Assembly: GCA_000708835.1 (NCBI GenBank)
Contig: DF236978.1
Coordinates: 1 to 64,000 of the forward strand
From: Klebsormidium nitens
Taxonomy: Eukaryota; Plantae; Klebsormidiophyceae
DNA length: 64,000 nt
Direction of reading: 5' to 3'
The notes beneath the pieces were generated by a model. The model saw only the letters and a list, made by a program, of their open reading frames with translations. It searched no databases and was not told the origin of the DNA. Made by a program: the position numbers and the translations under genes. Below, piece after piece: positions 1-10,800 of this stretch. How positions within the stretch are numbered: position 1 is the stretch's first letter; each line of letters begins with the position of its first letter.

Positions 1-369
1 ATTGGCCCCACTGCGCTGACCGGAACTGATGACGACATTGCGCTCGTCCTCACTGTCTGAAAGATCTAAAATCACCCTGCGGCGTTTGCCCCGACCCCCC
101 GCCACCTCCTGGTTGCACAATTCAAAGAGTGTATCCCTCTGAAAATTCAACAAATCACCGAGAATATCCACCAATATCTCGTTTTTCTTCCTGTTCAACT
201 CTATCTCGACACGGGCCACCTCTGCCAAATCGTGAAGAAGACCCTGGCGTAGGCACTGATTCTCCTCGAATTCGTCTTGCAGCCGGCCCAAGCGCCTTTT
301 CAAAGCCGCCGCCCGGTTGACCTGGATGCTGCGCACCTGCTGAGAGGAGAGCTTGGGAGAAAACGCCAT
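1..369 (-). CDS. 5' part of an unknown protein, runs off the left edge
   Basis: ATG at 369 opens an uninterrupted 123-codon frame to position 1: MAFSPKLSSQQVRSIQVNRAAALKRRLGRLQDEFEENQCLRQGLLHDLAEVARVEIELNRKKNEILVDILGDLLNFQRDTLFELCNQEVAGGRGKRRRVILDLSDSEDERNVVISSGQRSGAN. It has a coiled-coil-like segment, a KRRR NLS-like motif and an acidic patch. It is absent from the ORF track because there is no stop. No family recognised. Confidence 0.5.
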   Translation of the reverse strand, partial: MAFSPKLSSQQVRSIQVNRAAALKRRLGRLQDEFEENQCLRQGLLHDLAEVARVEIELNRKKNEILVDILGDLLNFQRDTLFELCNQEVAGGRGKRRRVILDLSDSEDERNVVISSGQRSGAN

Positions 370-1045
370 GACGACTCTTGCGCAAATTGAGAAATGACGC
401 AGCTGTGACCATCCTTATGACTGTCCATGAATGCAAGTCGGCCAAATCTGCGCAGTGCTGCTTAACTGCAGTCATCACCATGCATATACCTAATAGGTGC
501 GGTACGTAACCGGCCGAACCTTCGAGAAATCACACGTGTCAAAATGCAGTCGAGCCTCATGGAATTATCGACGACTCATGTCCTTTCCACGTGGCAATTT
601 CCTATGTTTTTGCCCTGTCGCAACAGCACAAGAGCAGTTTCAACGTTCGACGCAGTCCGGTACGCTTAGTCGATATCCTGCGCTCGTCATCCAGAGTCAG
701 CTCCGAAGATATCTAGACTTCCGTTTTTTTTCGATCCGACGCTTTCAAACCCCAGTCTTTCGGGACTCAACTCCTAAAAGGGATGTTGTGGACACGTGTC
801 AATTTCCTATTTTCTTGCCTGTCGTGAACCATCGCGAGACAGCTTCGATGCAATTTGTCGAAAGCGTTACATGCGTTACATATATACATGTCAGTCTATA
901 TTATTATTCGATTTCGATTTCGATACACCATGTGTGACATATATAAGAGAGGCTCATTAATGCGAAAAGGCCCCATGTTTCTAGAAGGCGCGCGGAATCC
1001 GCTGTCCAGGTGGCTTTGAAAAGCTGCTGGGGCTAGCCTGAGGTA

Positions 1046-1400
1046 CCGTACCCGGCATGGGAATTCACCACCTTTTGGTGTGAAAAGTTGAAAAAACTTA
1101 ATTTCGTTCATCCTGACTCCTGAGGTTTCACCGGGCGCTTTGAGAATATATATTTCATTTCACACAAGCGGTTTTCTTGCTTTTTCCTCACCGGGCGCTT
1201 TGAGAATATATATTTCATTTCACACAAGCGGTTTTCTTGCTTTTTCCACACTCTAATTAAGCATCCCAGAATGACCTTTTTTCCAAAAAAAATGTGGTTT
1301 CACCTTTTCACAGTCGGGGTGATCTTTTAAGTTTTGATTTTTCCACACTGACCCCAAACCCAAAATAATTAATAAAAGTTGAATTCCCATGCCGGTACGG
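1046..1400. mobile_element. Non-autonomous MITE-like element with ~22-bp terminal inverted repeats and TA target-site duplication (Tc1/mariner-pogo type)
   Basis: Left 1044-1067 TACCGTACCCGGCATGGGAATTCA and right 1380-1402 TGAATTCCCATGCCGGTACGGTA are reverse complements apart from one G/C indel. Both ends are flanked by TA. The interior is AT-rich and non-coding. Confidence 0.7.
1128..1247. repeat. Tandem duplication, 2 x 60 bp, inside the MITE
   Basis: TCACCGGGCGCTTTGAGAATATATATTTCATTTCACACAAGCGGTTTTCTTGCTTTTTCC occurs at 1128-1187 and 1188-1247. Confidence 0.95.
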
Positions 1401-1867
1401 TAGAGAGCCCAGCTGGACGAGCTTGCAAAAGTCTGAGCGCAACATCTAAGTTGGTTGTGGCGTCAAAGTGGGCGTTCCGTGTCCCGGAACGCCGGACGCT
1501 GAATGCGTACCGGCTGCCGTCGGTCACAATCCGTCAGTAAACTGACCGCCGATGGCACACCTTGGCATAGGATCGACGGTTCAAAATGTACTATGCTCGT
1601 GACTCGAACCTCGGTGCTCGGTTGAAACTTGATGACTCCGCCGTACGACTCTTTGCGAATCTACCGACTCTTGACTCCCAGGCAACGGGTAGATTACAAG
1701 TCACTGTGAGCACTGAGAACTTGCAGACCTGCGCCGCAAAGCGCCGGGGTCGCCGGGTCGTACTTTGACATTGGATTTGAGCAAACAGAGTTGAGGCCCC
1801 GACTTCGATGTAGTCTGTAAAATTGAAATCACTGTGAAATCTGCATGCGCCGCTCTGCGGGAGACCC

Positions 1868-1947
1868 AAAAAGAAGGAAACTTTGCGGGATTCGAACCTG
1901 CAACTTTAGGTTTTCGTCACTCCGCTCTACCGCTGCGCTATGCTCAG
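1868..1947 (-). pseudogene. Degenerate tRNA-like / SINE-head element
   Basis: Minus strand shows an A-box TAGCGCAGCGG (1940-1930), a T-arm/B-box GCAGGTTCGAATCCCGC (1901-1885) and a downstream TTTTT. Acceptor and anticodon stems do not pair. Confidence 0.45.
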
Positions 1948-2096
1948 ATCCCCCGGGCGCAACTCTGTCCACGGAAATTCAAGCCAAAGGGGTTTTATAG
2001 GGGCACGCCCACTTCAAGGACATGGCAGTTGCTCCGAGCTGAAAGTCAAAGATCCTTGGAGGTCAGTCACAGCTGAAGCCTTGCAGAGTTGGGAGC

Positions 2097-5000
2097 ATGG
2101 CCGGGGCAGGACTGATTACCCCGCCGGTATGGGCCGCTGCACCGCAGGCCCTCATCTCGAGGGCGGGGACGTCAAGGGGCTGGCATGCGGAGGTGCCGCG
2201 CTTCCTCTGCCACTTGCACCCGCAGAATGGCTTAGCTGTGCGTCCGCTGCCTAGCAAAAGTTTGGCCGAGTTCCAAAATCCAGGAAGGAGCTTTTCCCCT
2301 ACCCAGGTTTCCTCGCATGAGCGCTCATGCAGATCTTTTGACATCAGATCTGAGGTCAGCGGGCGCAGTGGGAATTGTGCGGAGTCCTGCCAGCGCGGTG
2401 GAAGCCTGCCAGGGAAGCGAGCGCTCCCCTTTGCGGCGCCAAGTCCCCAGAGCTCAAGGGCGAGGAGTCGTTTGCATGCCCTTGCAGGACCTTTGCTAGA
2501 TAGATTGAGGGGTCAAAAGCGGCATGCAACAGAGGGCGATGAGGATCTTCAGCTCCGGGATCTCCTGGAAGATCTCAATCAGAGGATACAAGATCTGAAT
2601 AGTCAGTTGAGAAGCAGCCAGCGTGAAGATGGGGGTGGAGAGGATGGTGGCGAACGCGTGCCCTTGCTGAAGACGGTCAATGTTCCGGCACATCTTGTGC
2701 TCAAGAAAAGTGAGAGTGAAGCAGTGGCTGCTTCTGAGAAGAAGGGACAGGAGGCTGCCTTGGAAGAAGAGTGGACACCCTCGGCGCTGACCACGATGTT
2801 GGTTGACTACTCAATGATGGTCGCGAGCATCTGGGCAATGAATGGAACCATCAAGCAAGCTCTTGGGCAACAGGTATGTAAGCTGGCTGTCATGATTGGA
2901 ATGACCCTTGAATGGTTGATTGAGCTTGAAACCAATTTTAAGGGTTTGTATTATCCTTTCTTCGTTTGCATGTGGGAAAGTCATCATTTCATACTTCTCA
3001 CTAAGCAGGGTTTGGTGACAGCAACTTGGATGCTTCAAGGTTGAATATGCTGGATATTGCATTCAGACATGCTTTGCGTGTGAGCATCAGACAATTTTTC
3101 TTGAGAACCTAGACAACCAACCACTCAAGCCCTGTGCTTCTTTTCATGTCCATTTGATTTTCCTCAAGCTCATGTACTGTGACCATACAATTGCTGACCT
3201 CGACAGCGTCATGGTCAGTTTCTTCTGTTGCAAGGTTTCTCTTCAAGGTCAGCAAAGCTGGACCGTTCCTGGCTGTTTGAATGCTGTCAGGTTGTTTTCA
3301 AATGCAGTTGCAGATAGGGGTTACTGAGATTTTGGCCGTCACCATCTTAACAAAGTTGCCTTTCTTTCAGGTGCCTGCCGTGGCCATGAGTGCGGTCAAT
3401 TCCATTGGCCAACCTGCCCTCGACGCTGTCAAGAGTGTGGCGCCACCAGTGGTGAAATACATAGGGGAGCCAGCCATGGTCGCTGTGCGCTATGCAGGGA
3501 TTCCTCAGGGCATCGGCCGTGTTTCTGATTTCATCCGTTCGACCCCCGATCTCCGGGGTAGGTTGGGGGGCAACAGGAATAGGAGGAGGCTTAGCGGCGT
3601 TGCAGCAGCATCTAGGCTAGATAGGCAGGGCTCGCAGTCAGTAGATGATAACCAGTATGACTTCACGGATATAGTGTCGGCAGCTAACCGGCAGTCATTG
3701 GATTGTGACGACCAGGGTGAGGGCTCGGCAGCTGATGCCAGCCCAAGCTGGTGGAAAGGCACCCTAGGCAGCTGGGAGCCCCTTCGGTGGTGGGGCTCAT
3801 CAGGAGAGGGCAAAGCAAGTGAGGAGGAGGGAGCGGCTGCAGCGCAGGACCCTCTGATCTGGCCCCGCCTTACTGCTGCTCGAGAGGCGAGTACCGCACA
3901 AGGCAGTGGGGAGACTAGCATACCAGAAAAGCTGGGTGAGGCAGGGGTGATTGCTGCAGGGGAGGGAATTCTGGGAGCAAAGGTTGCAGGTGCTCAGGAG
4001 CAGCCGTCAGAAGCACCCGGGTGGGATGGGGGCCAAAAGGGCGAGGACCCGCAGCAGCCCCTCGGTTTCAGCTTCAGTGCGGCGGGGCTCTTGTTTCCGT
4101 ATCACCTGGGGGTGTGCCAAAAGCTTATGGAGGCGGGCCTTCTCACGGTAAGTTTGGTCTTCCACGTGCGAGTTGCTTTGACTGTACCTGGAATGCTTCT
4201 GTCCAATCCTTCTTCCTAATGCAAGTCCGGGGGTAAAATGCTTATCTGTATATACATTGTTGGCGATTGTTGGCCGCTTGACTGATCTCTGGTGCATTTC
4301 TGAATTAAGTGGTGCGCTTTATTTCTGGACATTGGTTCTTCTCCTGCCGTAAGTCCCTTCCTCCATTTGCTCACTTGTGCACCTCGTTTATGTACAGGAC
4401 AAGACTCCGCTGGCTGGCAGCTCTGCCGGTGCCATCGTTTCTGCTGCGCTTGGGGCGGGGGTGTCGCCCGTTGAAGCATTGCAGATGACCAAGGACCTGG
4501 CAAAGGACTGCCGGAAGAACGGGACTGCAGGACGGCTGGGAGTAAGGACTGGAATCAGCTCAGTGCACAGTGTGGATGCCAGCTGTTTCGATCAATCATA
4601 GCTAGTCATAGAGCCATCATAGATGTGTAGCCCTCTCTTGAACTGTGTACCATTGTAGACTAGATTAACTGCAGACAATCCAGCAAACAGGAATTGTGTG
4701 TGCAATGTTTCTTTTGACTGTTTGAGCAACACTCGTAACTCCTGCTCTTGCTGAGGTGGGTCTCCTGCATTGCAGGCTGTTCTGAGAGGCATCTTACATG
4801 AGGTCCTACCAGAGAATTGCCATGAGATGTGTAATGGCAGAGTGCGAGGTGAGCCATGGAGTGCCTTGTTCAACGTCTTTTCTCGGCCCCAAACGAAGGG
4901 CTCAGCTGTGAGACCGCTCACCTCAACGCGCGTGTCTCGCGACCATCTTGGCCAGTTCCATACGTAGGTTTTGATTCTGCTAGTTGTGTATAACTTGTGC

Positions 5001-6366
5001 ACGTGTTCACAAGCCCTGTTTTTCCTTTCCATCTTATGTAAAGCTTCTATGACTGAATGTACTCTCCTTCTGTGTGCAGTAGCGGTAACACAGCTGTTTC
5101 GGTGGCCTCGGGGCATCCTTGTGGACGAGTTTTACTCAAAACAAGACGTCATTGAAGCGCTGATTACCTCCTCGTTTATTCCTGGGTAAGGCTCGCTAAC
5201 AGTCTTTACCAAAGCCTTGGCTCGAACACTTTGGATCATTGTCGTTCTCAATCATCATATCAAGCATTTTGAGTTAGTGTATTTTTCTGACAGATGTGTT
5301 CGTGGTCTCTAGGATGCTGTTAGATCGCTTCTGGTCCTTGCACATGCCATTGAAAGATTAGCAAATGTGTTCGTGGTCTCTAGGATGCTGTTAGATTGCT
5401 TCTGGTCCTTGCACATGCCATTGAAAGATTAGCAAAGGAACAATGACTCGGATTTGCCGTCCTCTAGGGAGGCAGTGCAGCTTTGCTTCAGAACACATAC
5501 CCCTCCTGCCAAACATCATGTTGTGAAGCAACTGCAGCTTGTTGAAGAAACGCTTTGAACGATGAAGTTTTTCGAACGTGCTTCATTGCTGTCCGGTCGA
5601 TGTCTGCGAAGTGCCTCTCACATTCCCATTCTGACATCGTGTGCAGTTATCTGGCCCCAGCTGCGGCGAACGTGTTTCGAGATCGGTACTGTATCGACGG
5701 TGGTATGACGCTGTTCATGCCTCCGACAGCTGGGGAGGAAACGGTAAGGCAACTGAGCAGATTGTAGCAAATTTACTCCAGATTTGCACTCGCTTTTAGT
5801 CTCGCGAGTCCAGAGAAAAGGCCTTAAATTAGGGCGCCGTCAGTCTCTGCAGGGACCCACGTTTTATCTTTCTCGCGAAACTCACTTGACGGATCTCTGA
5901 CCCCTTTGTCCTTGTACGCAGATCCGTGTCTGCGCCTTCCCGGCTTCTGCGTATGGGCTCCAAGGTGTACAGATCTCCCCCGACTGCAATCCAGATGGCC
6001 GTGTCAGCCTCCGACAGGTGCGTCACCCGCTCTATGCGTTTATCAACGAAGCTCGCGTCTACTCAGCACAAGTAGCACTCTTGTCCTCTAGTTCGCTCAT
6101 TCCTGCAGCTCCGTGGCCCTGTAGTCGAGCTTGTCGTACTCGCAAAGGAAGGGCCGCATGCATCTTGCTGCATCGATCTGCAGCAAGGCCGCTTGAACTC
6201 ACATGTGCCTCCTCTTGTGCAGCTTTTGTCGTGGGCTCTTGAGCCGCCCTCCGACGGCATTCTGGACGAGCTGTATCTGCAAGGCCATGCGGATGCTGCT
6301 GTTTGGGTGAACAGTCGGACGTCTGCAAACAAGGAGGGCGCGGACTTTCAATTGGCTCAAGTGTAG
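2097..6366 (+). CDS. Patatin-like phospholipase / lipase (PNPLA/ATGL-like) with long N-terminal extension
   Basis: Exons 2097-2873 (start uncertain), 3371-4147, 4398-4541, 4776-4848, 5080-5185, 5647-5743, 5922-6017, 6223-6366, GT-AG and in phase. Motifs: FSFSAAGLLFPYHLGV, nucleophile GSSAG, SSFIPG and catalytic IDGG. Confidence 0.85.
5294..5435. repeat. Intronic tandem duplication, 2 x 71 bp
   Basis: Unit ATGTGTTCGTGGTCTCTAGGATGCTGTTAGAT(C/T)GCTTCTGGTCCTTGCACATGCCATTGAAAGATTAGCA at 5294 and 5365, with one internal mismatch. Confidence 0.95.
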
Positions 6367-7873
6367 GGTCCTCGGATGAGGCAGGTGGCCGCCTATTGAT
6401 GGTATAGAAAGCTATGCTAGAAAATGTCCGACATGCAAATTCAATTGCTGGCAGCAACATTGTACATACTTGGCAAAAATTGAAAGGCTTATGCTTTACG
6501 TGATAGACAACGGCTTACATAGAAAGAAGCTCATATAGAAGAGAGTAAAGCGAATTCGAGATATTTTCCAAACAACATTGCTTGCCTAAATCTGCACATG
6601 AATCTCTGCAACTTTGATGTGTTTTGTCACTTCCACTTCGCGACATTAGATAAGGAAGACAAATCTCATCATTGGTACACGGTTGAGATTGGGCCAATGA
6701 CTTCCCCATCAAACTGTGGACTTCACAGTTTTAGGTTGACCTTTGCATTTGCCTAATCTGCTTGGCGAACGTGGTGGGTCTTGCAGAAAGCTTACTGTCA
6801 TGTGAAAGCAAGATATAATGTGCCGTGCTCTAATCGTGCATCGACCGGAAGTAAACTATTGAAGGATTCTAGGTTGCATACATATTACGGTTTTACTTAC
6901 CATGCATGCGTGCAATTCTGATCGATCCGGACATCTGTCGGACTGGTTGATGCAAAGTAATGAAATCTGCTTCTAAATGCAAGCTGCTGTAGGTGGTTAT
7001 ATTGAAAAATTGTGCAGCAGTTCTCCATATGAAAGGTCCGCATATATGCATATAGGTGTAAGCAAGTGACGGGGGAGCATGCATGCATGCCACGAGCACT
7101 AGGTGTGCATGCTGCACAGTGGATGTTCAATACAAATTCTCGCCGGCAATCGGGCCAACTTGTAGATTAAATGAATGACATGTTATCTTGAATTTCCTCA
7201 AGTTATTATTGATCGCTCATGCATCAATATAGTTGCTAGCCAACATTGACAGAGTTCTTGCTCTAAAGCTTGAAAGACGGAGCTAGTGTCTAACTTGATA
7301 GCAGATTCAGACCACTCTTCGGTTTACTAGCTTTTCTACCTGGGGAACCTCAACTTGCAAGCAGTAAGAGTGCAAGGAGAGGGCTTTCCAAGTTCCGGCT
7401 CTTCGATTGAGAATAATAATAACCTAGGTCCTAACTTCTATAAGACTTTGAGGTAAGTACGTAGTAAGTACCTCAGCAGAAGAACTTTAGCCTTGGAACT
7501 TAAATTGATTGTACCATTTTGCTTTGCTTAACCGCCGTTCGATCGTGACATCTAGGCCGTCCAATCTCGTATCAGCTTTTTCACTGCCACGCGTCAGAAG
7601 GCCTGGGCCTGGACAGTGGAGGCTGGGTTGCGGATCCTGATTCTTTCTGTCGACAAGTGGACTGATCCGCTCATGGCCCGAGGATGGAAACCTCTGAAAA
7701 AATCCGTGATTCAGATGCAAGAATGCTATCTATGTGTATGTAACAGTATGTGGGAACTGTACTGCTCCTGCTTGCTGGAGACGACGCATCTCCTTCACCA
7801 CTTCTCGGATCTCCGCCCAAGATAGCTTTTCCTGCAAGCTGGGTTTGAGACAGTTCACCAGAGCGTCAGCAAG

Positions 7874-10800
7874 ATGAGAATCTCCGACCTCTTCACGTCG
7901 GTCGGCATCAATGCCGCGCTCGTGTTGCTCTTCTTGTTCCTCTATTCCATATTCCGAGTGCAGTGGATAAATGCAAGAGTTTACTATGCGCGGCACTTTG
8001 TGCGGGACAAGGGGTGGGGAAAGCGGAGAGAGCTTGGCTTTAAAGAAGAGCTGAAAAGGCAGGCGAAAGGGATGCTGGGTTGGGTCCCAAGTGCAGTGAA
8101 GACCGCAATGAATGAAGATGAGCTGCTCAGAGTGGCGGGGGTGGATGCGGTGGTCTTCATGCGCATCTTCCGAACAGCGTAAGTCCCTCATGCAGTTAGA
8201 TATGTGGCCAGAGTCAAAGTTTGTTGCTGGCCGTCGTCCTTTGTGGTGCGCTGCCCTAGAGCTGCTAACTAGGCTGATGGGGTGGGTGGCACAAAGTCGA
8301 GATCCAAGCCACAGCAGTTGCTCAAGTTTCTTCCTATCCTCCTCTCAGAAACTAGCGTCAAAGATGGACAGCAATGCTGTATGAAAATGTTCTTCGTGCT
8401 TGGAGTCGATTCGAGTTGTGTCTTCCTGTGTCCTCCTGAAGGCAAGAGTTTCAAGTTCGTAATGTTGAACATTAGGATTTCATTGACAAGAAGCAGGTTG
8501 AACAATTGACAAGAAGCGAGTTTGACATCATTCATGCATGAAGGCTGTGCGTGATTCTCACTGCCCCTCTCCCATCGTGCAGTATACACCTATTTGCAGT
8601 TGCTTGCTTTGTGGGCTTGGTTGTTCTTCTCCCAATTAACGTCACCGACGAAGCTCTGGCAATAGATGCCCAGAGATACGGCAACTTTACGGTGGACGAG
8701 CTGGACACCCTCACGATTGCGAACGTTCAGAATGGATCTAAGAGGTACAGCCCACTTGCTCTCTGCTACACAGCTTCCCACAACCCCTGCAATCTGATGC
8801 TTGCTAGCACTGCCACCTCTCAGATGATAATTCATGTTGCCAAAGTCCATTGAAGTGCTCATGATTGGGACGCAAAGCTCTTGAACGGGAGTCTTGCTAA
8901 AGTGCGTCGTATTCCAGGCTGTGGGCCCACCTGATCGCTGTCTACTTCATCACGTTCTACACCTTTGCGCTGCTCTACCGCGAGTTTCGATCCATCGCGT
9001 ATCTTCGCCAGAGGTAAGTGGGTTCCCGACAATTGATTGCCCCGAAGGCTGTTGTTTAATTACAGGGGCCCGAGCAGCTTTTGCGGACATGGCGAAGTGC
9101 TATTCTCACACCTTGGAACAGCCGCCAATGGGCACAAAGGGCCTGCTTGTAAGGATCGTTTGCGTGGTGTTAGGAACACCTGCCAGCCGTCTCTGAGCTC
9201 TTCAAGAGATGAACGAGCCGATTCTAGAAAATATGGGCTCCCAACAGGTCCTTCAAAGTCGTAATCATCATACTTGTGAACCTGACGGCACCGCACTCAA
9301 GGGGAAACTTTTGTTCACCATTATGACATGGGTGGCAGGGGGTGAAGGTCGTGGGGTGAAGGTGCGATTGTAAAAGCCTTTGAACCATTGAAAGCTGTGC
9401 TGAATTTTTTTTGTGTCGGGGCACACAGACAGATTGCGGCCGCACGCCCCGCTCCAGACCAATTCACGGTGCTGGTCATCCACGTGCCCCGGCGCCAGCA
9501 CAAGAAGGACGGCGTCAGCCGGAGCGACATGATCGAGCGCTTCTTCAACAAGTACCACGCACTCACCACTCTTGTCAACCATCCAGTCTATCGGGTGAGC
9601 GACCTCTGGCCAGCCTCTCATACATTGTCAGAACCTCAAGTTAGAAGCTGCCGCTTCTCCTCTCCGATTTGTTAATTAGTCTGCAAACAGCTTCGGCCGA
9701 ACGCTTTTTGATTGGCCGGCTCACGGGTTCCTTGTCCAGCTTTTGCACCAACCTATCTCTTACACTTTCATTGCAACGCCTTGTTGGACCGTCGTTTCCG
9801 AGTAAGGAGCCGCCTGTGGTGCAGTCCATCCACATCGTGCGCCCCAAAGCTGCACCCACGGTTGTGTGTGTTGGAAATCTTGACGGCTTATTTCCCCGGA
9901 ATATGGGGCAAGCTTCCATTCTGGATTACTTTGGCGTAATGGGTCCTTCTTCGGTTGTTGATATACTGAAACTTCTTTGTTTGAAGGAGCTGCCTGATGG
10001 CGAGGAAGCCGAGCAGCCCATTACAAGGGCCGATGAATTCTTTCGAAAGGTCCACCGCCTGACGTACCACCTGTATCAACCAGTGTACCAGGTACGCTGT
10101 GTCATAACACTCAGCGTACACGTAGCTAGTCCTATGGATGCCGCTCAAGGCATAGCCTTGCAAGATTGAGCTGTCAGCGTCCGGTGCCCCTTGTCTATGA
10201 GCTCAAAAAAGTTCGTTACACTCTCGTTTGTTTCTGACTGGTGGTTTTTCGGTGGGTGTCGAGCTTTACCAAGTTTGGGTCTGAATTTACATTGGTTTGC
10301 AAGATACGCTTTCCAACAATTTGCTCTGACTGTGAGCGGCCATGTCCACGTCTCCCGTCTATTTGTCAGCTTCTTATGTGCTGTGACCCGACGTATTGCG
10401 CTGCCAATAACGGTCTTCTAGAGACTTCGTCGAGCTGATGATTAGCCTTGACTGCTTGTTCTCAGTCAGCTGTCAAGCGGCCGCTCCTCGCTCTGCATTG
10501 GCAACAATCTGTCATACCCCTGGCGTGCGTCACATTCGCCCTTTGGTCGTCAAACACACAGCCGCTCCCTGTACCTGGTCCTCTCGTCTCCCGATGCTCA
10601 CGAATTTGCCAGAAGTGCCCTGGCCTCTGATTCCATATTTGCCACTTCGTTTCGTTACTGCCCCATTCTTCTTCCCCGCGGAAAACGACCGTCCACCTCC
10701 GAGATCACGGGTCCCCATGTATAGCCGCTCATCCTTTCCGCTCCCGCTTGACCCCACCCCCCCGCTTAAAAAAACTCACTCGAAAAGGTTTAAGACCAGT

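Noticed and set aside
5294-5435. 71-bp tandem repeat as a CRISPR-like or regulatory array
   Set aside because: Only two adjacent copies with no spacers, i.e. a simple local intronic duplication. No CRISPR array was seen anywhere in the window.
9669-10169. Stand-alone 166-aa gene nested in the OSCA intron
   Set aside because: Non-ATG start, and only its 3' part is protein-like. That part resembles OSCA exon 4 and is better explained as an extra exon.
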